This document shows, in pieces, positions 50,868 to 60,751 of a DNA stretch of 64,000 nucleotides. Under the pieces are notes generated by a model. The model ran no database searches. It was given only the letters and a program-made list of their open reading frames with translations, and was not told where the DNA came from. The DNA comes from Promethearchaeota archaeon Loki_b31 (GTDB lineage Archaea > Asgardarchaeota > Lokiarchaeia > Sigyniarchaeales > SOKP01). The stretch lies in assembly GCA_005222975.1 (NCBI GenBank), contig NJBI01000004.1, positions 66,179 to 130,178 on the forward strand, written 5' to 3'. Each line of letters starts with the position of its first letter. The stretch's first letter is position 1. Made by a program: the position numbers and the translations under genes.

Positions 50868-51254
50868 CTAGACATTAAACATTCTATATGGTACTCCGAA
50901 AAAAGTATCTCCACCAATTAATTCTTTTATTTTATTCTTTGTATAAATTGTATCGTAATAAATGAAAAGTTCTCCCTTTCCATCACATCTCTCATTTATT
51001 TCAACCCACACATTTCCAGGACTGGTATTTTCAATCTCTTCAATAAGATCCTGATGATCTTCTATAATTTGCCTAACAGTCTCGATATCAGGAAGCTCCT
51101 CACAGGGTAGCCCTGAACTGCCTTTAATTGTCTCAAAAATGCTAAACGCGAGAATAACTATAGGTATACTTACAATACTTACAATAATTACCAGAATTAT
51201 TATTAAAGCATAAAATTTATGCGGTTTTGTTTTTCTTTTCGAGCGTGCAATCAT
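50868..51254 (-). CDS. Membrane-anchored hypothetical protein
   Basis: Basic N-terminus, one TM helix, CEELP...C, FFGVPYRMFNV. Confidence 0.72.
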   Translation of the reverse strand: MIARSKRKTKPHKFYALIIILVIIVSIVSIPIVILAFSIFETIKGSSGLPCEELPDIETVRQIIEDHQDLIEEIENTSPGNVWVEINERCDGKGELFIYYDTIYTKNKIKELIGGDTFFGVPYRMFNV

Positions 51255-51361
51255 CCTTTTCTTTTAGAATAAATGATAAAATAATATTTAAACTTATTTT
51301 ATTCGAAAATTTTACATCCAAATTATTATTGGGCATTCTTGTTTTAAAATATATCTCTAAA

Positions 51362-52294
51362 TTATTCTCGATTAAGAATAGCACCTAAATTCCGAGGATA
51401 AACATTTAAATAGTTAGCTAAGTCGTGCTTTTCAACTTTTTTTCTAGTTTCTTCAGGAAGCTGTTCTACGCTCTTTCCGCTCAAGAGCAATTTTGTCTCT
51501 TCTTCGTTGAATGTGGGTCCTGGTTCTACCCAATTTATGACTTTTTTGTTTGCGGGACATACTTTTTGGCAATGCATGCATCCAACTAAACAGTTGTGCC
51601 AAAAAGGATCGATCCAATCCGGAAAAGGAACATCTGCGGGATGTTCATTGTGAAAAGTCAAACAATATTCGACGCGTAAGAGGAACCGATCGGTAGGGAT
51701 GGCTCCAGTTGGGCAATTTCGAACGCAAGCGGAGCATTCCTTACATAAATCCATCATTTGTAGTTCCTGCCAGTCATCTTGCTCAATAGGGAAGTCCGAA
51801 TAAAATGTTGAAGGTCGATGAAAACTACCCATACCATGTACATAAGTAATATTATTTCTACCGTATTCTGCTAATCCAACACGCACTGCTAGAGTTTTTT
51901 GAGGAACTTGAGCAAATTCTACGTTATAACCCGAAGGTTTTAAAATTTCTGTTAGAAATGCTTTAATTTTTTTTATTATAGCCATACCGTGTAAATAGGT
52001 AGGGGGAACGATCAGAGGAACTTCTTTATTATTCCAATGAAAAATAACTTTGTATTGAGGTTGTGGTACAGTTATAATAAAGAGAGACTTAATCTCGCCG
52101 AATTCCGCTTCTGGTTGAAATTCGAAATAGTCTTTGTACTCTTCGTAGAAATTTGGGTCCAATAACTTTTGTTCGTGAAATTTTTTGATAGCCCTTTGCA
52201 ACTCTGGAATGTGTTTGGCAGAGACAATTTTTCCTTTATAACCCTTAGCTTCTAATTTTTCGTAAAAATCTTGGACTATTTTATTTTTATCCAT
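51362..52294 (-). CDS. Epoxyqueuosine reductase (QueG)-like 4Fe-4S double-cluster protein
   Basis: GLAEYGRNN, GSF, CKECSACVRNCPTGA, GCMHCQKVCP. Confidence 0.82.
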   Translation of the reverse strand: MDKNKIVQDFYEKLEAKGYKGKIVSAKHIPELQRAIKKFHEQKLLDPNFYEEYKDYFEFQPEAEFGEIKSLFIITVPQPQYKVIFHWNNKEVPLIVPPTYLHGMAIIKKIKAFLTEILKPSGYNVEFAQVPQKTLAVRVGLAEYGRNNITYVHGMGSFHRPSTFYSDFPIEQDDWQELQMMDLCKECSACVRNCPTGAIPTDRFLLRVEYCLTFHNEHPADVPFPDWIDPFWHNCLVGCMHCQKVCPANKKVINWVEPGPTFNEEETKLLLSGKSVEQLPEETRKKVEKHDLANYLNVYPRNLGAILNRE

Positions 52295-52381
52295 CTTATC
52301 TATTCTATGTAATATTAATTAAATAGTGCTCGTCACTTAATAGTCTTATTTCATTTTTTAATTTACTTAATCTTATTAGTG

Positions 52382-53542
52382 TTAATCATCTTTTATTGGT
52401 GCAATTGCGGAATTAGCTGCAACTACTTTTTGGAGCATTTTAAACGCGTTGTTAGAAGTTGAAAAGGTTTTTGCATTATATTTTTCAACTAAATCTATGA
52501 GTTCTTCGTCAAATATTCGCACAAATAATTCGATGTCGGGGTAGCGTAAGTTAATTTTAGAAGTTAGATAAAGTGATTCATCAAATTCCGAGTCTTGCTT
52601 CCAACAAATAAATACTTGGGTAACTTCGTCCACGTTTACATGAACGCGTAAATCGCTTAAAAAACAAGCGAATTCGTTAATGATGTGTAATTGGTCGTTT
52701 ACTTTAAACTCGATACCATCGTGTATATCGTCAAAAAGGTAAACATCGCGTTCTGGTTGCAGAGAAATGTGGTAAGCAATTCGATGCGTTAAATTATCGC
52801 GTCCAATTACAATTGCCTTACCTGTTTTGTTTTTGGTCCATTCGCGGATACCATCCATTGCCCATTTTGAAGTGGAAAATGGGATTGCATTTAAAGGCGG
52901 CTGTTTAAGATATTCTCGCACATGGTCTTCAAATACGCGTACAAAAATAGGGCATTCTTCGTTAATTTTGCGGATCTTTTCTGTGCAAATTATTGCTATT
53001 CTAACATCATCCGAATTTATAAAAACTTCCTTAGCCCGCTTTATATTCGTAAATGCAAGGTTAGTTGTCTCAGTAGGGTCACCAACGACTACGGGATAGC
53101 CAGTGTTGATTAAATCTTCGACTAATTCTAGATTATCCTCGATTATACAAAATGATTTCTTATTATCGATGCAAAATTCAATTATCCTCTCAGATATGTG
53201 GTGAAATCCAATGATTACGGTATGGTTACGCTTATGCTTAGCGAGAATTCTACTGGTAATAACAGGATTATATTTTTCTATTAATTCACCCATGATAAAT
53301 CCAAAAACAATCACCTCTAATAAAATCGGCCACACTAAGGCGTAAAAATTAGTGAAATCAACAGCACTTACTATACGGCGTACAGTCAAGGAATATAGGA
53401 TGTATTCCCACAAACTGTGATTGGGCTCAATAATAATGAAAGAAATTAAACCCCCAAACCAAAATAAAAACAGAAAAACAAACTGTAACTAGTATTGCTT
53501 AAGTTTAAGCTCAATTTCAATGAACAAGTTTAGGATACTCAT
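52382..53542 (-). pseudogene. 2-TM + tandem TrkA-N/RCK domain channel-like gene interrupted by an in-frame TAG at codon 18 (pseudogene or readthrough)
   Basis: ATG 53542 is in frame with the 343-aa ORF: MSILNLFIEIELKLKQY*LQFVFLFLFWFGG. Also NHTVIIGF and VVGDPT (RCK). Confidence 0.65.
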
Positions 53543-53650
53543 AAAATAAGATAAAACACTCCAATATAAAAAAGATTTGATCTCGATTTGTTCTCTAATT
53601 ATTATTTTGTTAATATTAAAAAGAAAATAGGTTTTCCTACATTATTCGTT

Positions 53651-54487
53651 TTAGAGCTGCGTCATATCTGTGCTAAGTTCCCACAACCTCTTAGCATAAT
53701 CCTCGTTGTAGGATTCTTCAGAAGATTGTTTTTGTTGCTTTTTTGCGAAATATTTTCCTGTTATCCCTTCTACTTCTTGCGACGATGCTAAATAAATGGA
53801 TGTTTCTGCACCTTTTTCCGGTTTTTTAAAGAAAAGCTTGGCGAATCCTTTGCTAAATGAGGATTGATCTTGACCTAAATTAGTATTAACAACACCAGGA
53901 TGGACAGTATTAACAGTTACACTGGTTCCTTCTAATCTTCTGTTTAATTCAAAAGAAAATAGCATCAATGCTAATTTTGAGATTCCATATATTTTAAATA
54001 AGCGATACTTCCTTTTTTCGCTCTGAAGATCGTCAAAATCCATTTTTGCCATTCTATGCGCTGCAGAACTTACATTTATAATACGACTTGGAGCACTCTT
54101 TTTTAACACATCAAGCAATAAATTCGTCAATAAAAAGGACGCAAGGTAATTCACGGCAAAATTCATTTCAAATCCATCCACGGATATTACTCGCTTCGAG
54201 AGCATAACTCCAGCATTGTTTATTAATATGTGTAATTTTTGATATTTACTCTTAAATTCGGAAACGAATTTGCGTATGGATTCCTGAGAAGATAAATCAC
54301 ATAAAAGCAAATCCACTTTTTTATTACCGGTGAGTTCAATTATCTCTTTTTGCACTTCTTCTCCACGCTCTTTGCTACGACACATCATTACTATTGTAGC
54401 ATTCATCATTGCTAAACCAATAGCTGTAGCTTTACCAATGCCAGAGTTTGCGCCGGTTATTATACAGATCTTTCCTTCCATACTCAT
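53651..54487 (-). CDS. Short-chain dehydrogenase/reductase (retinol dehydrogenase-like)
   Basis: TGANSGIG, NNAG, VSS, YGISK, HPGVV. Confidence 0.95.
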   Translation of the reverse strand: MSMEGKICIITGANSGIGKATAIGLAMMNATIVMMCRSKERGEEVQKEIIELTGNKKVDLLLCDLSSQESIRKFVSEFKSKYQKLHILINNAGVMLSKRVISVDGFEMNFAVNYLASFLLTNLLLDVLKKSAPSRIINVSSAAHRMAKMDFDDLQSEKRKYRLFKIYGISKLALMLFSFELNRRLEGTSVTVNTVHPGVVNTNLGQDQSSFSKGFAKLFFKKPEKGAETSIYLASSQEVEGITGKYFAKKQQKQSSEESYNEDYAKRLWELSTDMTQL

Positions 54488-54776
54488 AATTTACATTATC
54501 AACTCATTCTTAGTGGTTACCTTAATAATTCAATTTTCATTCTAATTACGATTGTATTTTAAAATATATCTAGTTTTTACTTATTTTTTATAAACTATAG
54601 CTGTATTTTAGAGATAATAAAAATTACCTAACATATAATATCGACTGTGTCTCATTCCAAAGAGATCTAGGATCATCTGGTAAAGAAAAAAAAAACTTAT
54701 TGAAGATTCTTTGATTAATAAAAATGTAATTAATCATTAATCTATGAGTTAAATCTTTGTATAAAGGTAATAAATC

Positions 54777-54962
54777 GTGAAATATATTGAAGAACCACCA
54801 AGAAAAACTCCAATTATGGCGGAAACAGATGTTTTAGTATTAGGTGGTGGACCAGCAGGACTTTCTGCTGCGTTAGCTGCTGCAAGAGAAGGCGTTGATA
54901 CCACCCTTGTAGAACGATACGGTTGTTTTGGAGGGGTACGCAATCTATCAGAATTCATATAA
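54777..54962 (+). pseudogene. Truncated N-terminal fragment of an FAD-dependent oxidoreductase
   Basis: DVLVLGGGPAGLSAALAAAREG...VERYGCFGG, then a stop after 61 aa with no continuation. Confidence 0.8.
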
Positions 54963-55055
54963 TTATATTTTTGAATACCGAAACTATATAAAAACTGAGA
55001 ATTACTTAACAATTGTATTTAATAGAATATTTTATCGACAAATTTTTCTAAAGAA

Positions 55056-55913
55056 GTGACAATCTATAAATTCTCAGTCATAACCAGCAACGGATTCCCA
55101 TATTATCAGCTAAAGGTGAAAGACGTTCCAATGGGCATCAAACTATACTTAAGATTTTTTGATTTTTCAAAAGAGGAATTTAAACCTCAATCAGATTTTG
55201 AAATCGCAGATTCTTTTGAGCTAAACGCAGGATTAGTTTCTGCGTTATTTAAATTCGCGCGAGCCATGTCTAAAAACATTCATATTCTTGAATTCAATTC
55301 AGACGAACAAGCGGATATACAAAATAATAAAGACAATTACTCGGGGGATGTACTCGTAACATGCCAAACAGAATCGTATCTATTTCACAAATCAGTTTAC
55401 GCAAAAATTAAGTTAATATACGATGTACTTCTCTCCTATAAAATACCACTTGAATCTGCTATAGAAATCTTGCCCGTTCAAGAAGAAAAAATCTACAACA
55501 TTTTAACTGATTTTGACGCTAGATCCCGCGTAGACGAGCATAAAAACCAATTAAAACGTTTAGTAAGCGATTTCCTTAAAGAAATGAAGAATTATGGTTT
55601 ACGTGAAATTTGTATAACCTCTTTCGATCTTTCACCTATTATGTTATTTAGCAAAAAATACTCGCTCGATGATGTCCACGGGATTTTAAGAAACATAGGA
55701 AACATCCCCGAAATCCCTCTGTTAAACTGGGTGTATCGACAATCTACACACGATGGCGAGGAGATTTGGGTTTACATATATAAATCAGATGTAGGACCCA
55801 CCATTGAAGGCTTATTTGAACCTTACCTTTATCTGCTAATTTGCGATTTTAACTCGTATCTAGGCGAAATCCCTGAAGTTCTGGGAAATAAGCTCAATCG
55901 AATACTCAGTTAG
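55056..55913 (+). CDS. Longin-like plus roadblock-like two-domain protein
   Basis: IYKFSVITSNGFPYY...ELNAGLVSALFKFA and EICITSFDLSPI; similar layout to 12973-13725. Confidence 0.55.
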   Translation: MTIYKFSVITSNGFPYYQLKVKDVPMGIKLYLRFFDFSKEEFKPQSDFEIADSFELNAGLVSALFKFARAMSKNIHILEFNSDEQADIQNNKDNYSGDVLVTCQTESYLFHKSVYAKIKLIYDVLLSYKIPLESAIEILPVQEEKIYNILTDFDARSRVDEHKNQLKRLVSDFLKEMKNYGLREICITSFDLSPIMLFSKKYSLDDVHGILRNIGNIPEIPLLNWVYRQSTHDGEEIWVYIYKSDVGPTIEGLFEPYLYLLICDFNSYLGEIPEVLGNKLNRILS

Positions 55914-56014
55914 CAATTTTATAATCAATTTTTTATATTTTAAGATACTAATTAAGGACTGATTTTTTTAAACAGTTAAATTTATTTTTATACATCCAAT
56001 TAGCTACTTAATAT

Positions 56015-56905
56015 ATGGTGGATTTAATGACTAAAGTAACTATTATTTCAACAAAAGATCGCGTTTACGGTGTAAACAAATCTTTAGAGTTGTTAGGTAT
56101 CAACCCCGTTAATGATAAAAACGTAATTCTTAAACCAAACTTCAATACTGCCGATCCTCCTCCTGCTTCAAGCTCAATGGAAACTGTAAGGCAACTTGTT
56201 TTAAAGTTAAAAGAAATGGGTGCGAAATCGATAACAATTGCGGAACGCGCCGGACCAGCTAAAACTTCAGAAGTTTTTAAGAAAAAAGGCTTATTTGCTT
56301 TAGCAGAAGAACTGAATTTTAAGATAGTTGATTTAACAGATGTAAGCAGTGATGAATATGTCCTTAAAAACCCTGATGGTAATCATTGGAAAGAAGGATT
56401 CCTTTTTGCCAAAATTTACGACGAAGCAGAATGTATTATTGAAACTTGCTGCCTAAAAACTCACATGTACGGTGGACAATTTACCATCTCGCTAAAGAAC
56501 GCAGTAGGATTAGTCAATAAAAAAAACATGTCAGAGTTACACTCCTCAAAGTATCAAAGGGAAATGATAGCGGAGATTAACTGCGTTTATAAACCTGACC
56601 TGATCGTTATGGATGGCGTTATTACATTTGTTGATCGTGGACCTATGGAAGGTACGCGCGTAGAAGCAAATGTATTTGTTTCCAGCACAGATAAAGTAGC
56701 TATTGACGCCGTGGGAGTCGCAATATTACGAATTCTTGGAACAACACCAGAGGTTACAGACGGATCGATTTTTGAACAAGATCAAATTAAAAGAGCCGTT
56801 GAATTAGAATTAGGGATTACATCACCCTTAGATATTGAATTTTTAACTGATTCTGAAGAAAGCGAAAAATTAGTTGCTCAAATAAAAGAGAAATTAGCAC
56901 TGTAA
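56015..56905 (+). CDS. DUF362 family protein
   Basis: ILKPNFN, LKTH, TISLKNAVG, MIAEIN, PDLIVMDG, DKVAIDA. Confidence 0.9.
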   Translation: MVDLMTKVTIISTKDRVYGVNKSLELLGINPVNDKNVILKPNFNTADPPPASSSMETVRQLVLKLKEMGAKSITIAERAGPAKTSEVFKKKGLFALAEELNFKIVDLTDVSSDEYVLKNPDGNHWKEGFLFAKIYDEAECIIETCCLKTHMYGGQFTISLKNAVGLVNKKNMSELHSSKYQREMIAEINCVYKPDLIVMDGVITFVDRGPMEGTRVEANVFVSSTDKVAIDAVGVAILRILGTTPEVTDGSIFEQDQIKRAVELELGITSPLDIEFLTDSEESEKLVAQIKEKLAL

Positions 56906-56943
56906 ATTGGATTTAGCCCGAAAAACAAATAAAAGCCTTATAT

Positions 56944-57804
56944 TTATTTGTTAAGGAGAATCGAAAAATATTTTTTAAAATCTTTTAATTTAACAAAAAA
57001 AGCTGGTACATTTTCCCTATATTTTTTGTATTGTTCCCCAAATCTTCCAATAAGTTCTTTTTCTTCGACCAATTTAAGGTGAATGTTTATTCCCACTAAA
57101 AACATTAAAAAGTAGATAACCGAATAAATGGAGAATCTTAAAAATATGCTTCCAATACTAATTAGCATTAAACCATGGTAGGCTGGGTGGCGTAATATAG
57201 AATAAATCTCGTGATTTTGAAGCGTTGATTCATTTGGATAAAAAACATAGACCAATGCCATATTATCAATGCCAAAGATACGTAACGCTTTAAAAATCAC
57301 AGTTAATCCTAACAATAAAAATATGAAGAACAGAGCTACCCTTATATAAAGAAAGAGAGGCGGAAAATTCAGTAGAAACTCAGATATAGGGGTCCCTAGA
57401 TAAGAGCTAGAAACATCAGTATCTCCGTATCCCGCAATCAAATCAGTTGGGATAAAACTATGGACGATGACAGAAATAACTATTGGAATACCGATCGCTA
57501 CAAATCGAAACGCTTTTTGATATGCTTTTACCCCAAATTTAGAGATGTATTTATCACGAATTTTCCAAAAGCTACGCACTATCATTAAACCAATAATTAA
57601 GACTAACAATGACCCAATAATAGGAGTTAAAGGCGCAATTAACTGTAATATGACTATGTCTGAAAAAATCCGCGGTAAAGAATCCATTATTAATTGGAAC
57701 ACTAGCGAAATTATAAAACAGCTAAAAGCAATTACCTGAAATAGTCGTAGTTTTTTTCCTTGATAATCGGGTAATTTTTCTTTAAGTTTATCTAATCCCT
57801 TCAT
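56944..57804 (-). CDS. Isoprenylcysteine carboxyl methyltransferase / PEMT-family membrane protein
   Basis: IYSILRHPAY and EEKELIGRFGEQYKKY...VP. Confidence 0.85.
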   Translation of the reverse strand: MKGLDKLKEKLPDYQGKKLRLFQVIAFSCFIISLVFQLIMDSLPRIFSDIVILQLIAPLTPIIGSLLVLIIGLMIVRSFWKIRDKYISKFGVKAYQKAFRFVAIGIPIVISVIVHSFIPTDLIAGYGDTDVSSSYLGTPISEFLLNFPPLFLYIRVALFFIFLLLGLTVIFKALRIFGIDNMALVYVFYPNESTLQNHEIYSILRHPAYHGLMLISIGSIFLRFSIYSVIYFLMFLVGINIHLKLVEEKELIGRFGEQYKKYRENVPAFFVKLKDFKKYFSILLNK

Positions 57805-57914
57805 TGTTTATAATAAGATCGATACATCTATAAAAAATTAATCAATAAAGCGTATAAAGGTTGGATAATAATGAATAATATTCAATAAATAATCTTCAAA
57901 TTGATGAATTATAA

Positions 57915-58301
57915 ATGATTGTATTGATAGCAGCTATAATAGCCGTTGTTTTATTTGCTGGGATGAGCGTTTTCCAGTTACTACTTGTACTAGGTCTACC
58001 TTTTGGCCGTCTAGCTTATGGTGGAAAATATGAGAAACTTCCTTCTAAAATGAAAATAATCAGCTTAATAGGTATTGTAATTTTTATATTCACATCATTA
58101 TCAGTATTAGAACGAGCTGAAATAATAATTATCTTCAATAATCTGATGTTTGTTATGGTGGTCGTTTGGATAATTGCTGTTTATTTAACTTTTATTACAA
58201 TTATGAATGCAATTTCAAAAAGCAAATGGGAAAAGCTTATCATGACCCCTATATCGCTAACATTAGCCATATGTTGTTTTATAGTTGTGATAGTAACATA
58301 A
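57915..58301 (+). CDS. Small membrane protein
   Basis: FQLLLVLGLPFGRLAYGG and SKSKWEK; about four TM helices. Confidence 0.78.
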   Translation: MIVLIAAIIAVVLFAGMSVFQLLLVLGLPFGRLAYGGKYEKLPSKMKIISLIGIVIFIFTSLSVLERAEIIIIFNNLMFVMVVVWIIAVYLTFITIMNAISKSKWEKLIMTPISLTLAICCFIVVIVT

Positions 58302-58508
58302 AGATAAAAGAAATTATTGCTATTCTAAAACAGCTCAAAATTTTTTCTAGCCCAATTTTACATTAGGGATTACAATTTATGCGTCTATAAATCTATTAGG
58401 AGACTCCTTCCAAAATATGCATATTGGAAACATAACATTAAAGTTGATGGCGTTAATCTTTTCGACGATCTTGTTAGTAGTGAGTTTATTTATAAAACTA
58501 AAAGTCTC

Positions 58509-59804
58509 TTAACTTAATATTAAAGTATATACCAATGTATATCCCAAAATGATGACAAAATGAAGCGTTGCGAAAAGCGCGCCATTTTTTAGTAAGCGTC
58601 TGTAATCTAAATTCACCACTTTGTATTTTTTTGCCAAATTCAGGGTGAGAAGATCGCATGCAGAACCTTGCGGTAGGAAATTACCTGCCATATTAACACC
58701 GCCTATGAAAGCAATAATAATCGGGTTAGGAAAGAAACCCTCTCCTATGATTGCCGAAAAAATCGGGAGAAGAATGATGGTAACGGGTGTACCCGCAAGA
58801 AATGCGGACAAGAGAGTAGTGACACCCAATGTTATCAACACGGCCAGATAAATGTTATTATTTAACAAACTTACCAAACCTGTGGAGATCAACTCTGAAA
58901 AGCCAAAATATGATAAAGAATTCGAAAGAATGAATAAGATCGCAAATGTAATGATGATTTTCCAATCGATATCGTTCTTAATATCCGAAAACTTAGATTT
59001 CTTAGAGTGAAGAAGAAGAAGTATAGCGGCAGATATGATCGTGACAAGGGCAGGTTCAAATCCTAGGAACATGAACACGAAAGTGGCTAGAATAATGATA
59101 ATTGTCATTAAAAAGTACTTTTTATCCCGAATTACAATTCCCGGGTCGAGCATTGATAATAGTATCTCCTTGTTTTTTTCAGTTGGTTTTTCTTCTTTTT
59201 TTAATATGAACCTATCCATCAAGAAAATGGTGGATATTAACGCGATTAAAAACAAAATACCCATATTGGCAAGATACTCCCCAAAACCCCACCCAAATTC
59301 CTGGCCGATTATCAAGTTTTTTAAGCTCGAGACAGGCGTGAGTATTGCGCCGATGTTTATAGTAATGGTCATCCCCATCATGTATGTACCAGCAGGTATC
59401 TCTAAAATTCGGCATGTCCTGTATATCAAAGGAACCAATATCAACGAGAGAGTTACATCCTCGATAAAGGCAACTATAATACCTGTAAACAGGCAAATCA
59501 TATAAAAAAATAATCGGTTATCCCCTTTCGTGATATGAATCAATTTGATCGCGGTATATTCTAAAACTCGGTTATAAGTTGCAAAATAGATGATTATCTG
59601 CATGGCAAATATGAAGATTAACGTGTTAAACTTGATAAATCCAAGAATTTCTATCTCTTCAACATTACCAAGCGTGGTCATTGAAACTACTGCGATGGCT
59701 CCTACGATTAATGCAATAGGGAAATAATCTATCTTGTTTTGAGAAAAAAAAGCCATCAAAATCGAAAATAAAACCAAAATCAATATGATTGCGGGTAAGT
59801 TCAT
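58509..59804 (-). CDS. ArsB/NhaD/SLC13 (IT superfamily) permease
   Basis: NIGAILTP...NLIIG, IDWKII, NMAGNFLPQGSA; many TM helices. Confidence 0.87.
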   Translation of the reverse strand: MNLPAIILILVLFSILMAFFSQNKIDYFPIALIVGAIAVVSMTTLGNVEEIEILGFIKFNTLIFIFAMQIIIYFATYNRVLEYTAIKLIHITKGDNRLFFYMICLFTGIIVAFIEDVTLSLILVPLIYRTCRILEIPAGTYMMGMTITINIGAILTPVSSLKNLIIGQEFGWGFGEYLANMGILFLIALISTIFLMDRFILKKEEKPTEKNKEILLSMLDPGIVIRDKKYFLMTIIIILATFVFMFLGFEPALVTIISAAILLLLHSKKSKFSDIKNDIDWKIIITFAILFILSNSLSYFGFSELISTGLVSLLNNNIYLAVLITLGVTTLLSAFLAGTPVTIILLPIFSAIIGEGFFPNPIIIAFIGGVNMAGNFLPQGSACDLLTLNLAKKYKVVNLDYRRLLKNGALFATLHFVIILGYTLVYTLILS

Positions 59805-59948
59805 TCAATAAAAAGAAATGGTTTTTAATTTAAAAAATATCACTTTGATTCGGAGATCGGAAAACTTCAAGGATTTTTTCTTTCAATCGTTAATTCTTTT
59901 GATCTCCGTCCATTACTAATTGCTATCCTATTTGATTCCTCGAAGTTA

Positions 59949-60287
59949 TTACAATTCATTTTTTATAGAAATAATCTGTTTTTTCAATTTTGGTAAATCT
60001 GTTTTAATAACTTCCCACGTAAGTTCTAAATCCACCCCGAAGTATTGATGGATTAAAATATCTCTCATTCCTGTAATTTCCTTCCAAGGGATATTTTCAT
60101 GAGTTCCTTTAAAGTCGCTAGGGATATTTGTAATAGCTTCGCCTATGATTTCAATCCTTCTAATTACAGAGTCTTGTAATTGCTTAGATTCTAGAAAATC
60201 TGATTTCTTCTTATCATTAATATACTCTTCAATTAAATTTATAGCAGCTAAAACGTGTTCTAAAAAGATTTTTACATTCTTTCTCAT
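59949..60287 (-). CDS. hepT: HEPN/DUF86 ribonuclease toxin (HepT-like)
   Basis: IIGEA, IPW, RDILIHQY (Rx4HxY). Confidence 0.93.
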   Translation of the reverse strand: MRKNVKIFLEHVLAAINLIEEYINDKKKSDFLESKQLQDSVIRRIEIIGEAITNIPSDFKGTHENIPWKEITGMRDILIHQYFGVDLELTWEVIKTDLPKLKKQIISIKNEL

Positions 60288-60571
60288 AAAATCTCAACTT
60301 CTTCAGCTAAAATTTGGTCTTTTAATAAAGGATGCAGAGAATTATAGGTTAGTACATCTACTTTACACTTTAATGCTTCTTCAAGTTCTATTTTTAACCT
60401 TGCTAAATCTAATAAGCTTTTAGTCCCTTTAAATTCTATTAATATATCTATATCGCTCTCATCAGTCATCTCTTCTCTTACAATAGAGCCAAATAAGGAG
60501 GCTCTTTTAACATCATGCTCTTTTAATATTTCCAAAATGCTTTTTTTATACTTTTCAATTTGAGACAACAT
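60284..60571 (-). CDS. mntA: Minimal nucleotidyltransferase antitoxin (MntA-like)
   Basis: FGSIVR...SDID and KVDV; ATGA overlap with the HEPN gene. Confidence 0.93.
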   Translation of the reverse strand: MLSQIEKYKKSILEILKEHDVKRASLFGSIVREEMTDESDIDILIEFKGTKSLLDLARLKIELEEALKCKVDVLTYNSLHPLLKDQILAEEVEIL

Positions 60572-60751
60572 GTTTGTTTATCAAACTATTCTAAAGTTTA
60601 GTTTATCTTTACTTAGTATTATCTTAACTAAGGTTAAAAAACTTATTTATTACTTTAGCTTCTATATTCAAAACTATCTTGTTTTAATAGAATATATTCT
60701 CTGTAAATGCGTCATAAAAGTTTAATACTATTTAAAACTGCAAAAAATACT

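Noticed and set aside
51362-52294. Reductive dehalogenase
   Set aside because: No Tat signal or RdhB anchor; size and motifs fit a QueG-like protein better.
58408-58429. Palindrome aatatgcatatt and the inverted repeat cggagatc/gatctccg at 59851-59908
   Set aside because: Short, single occurrences in AT-rich intergenic DNA; I could not link them to an element or regulator.
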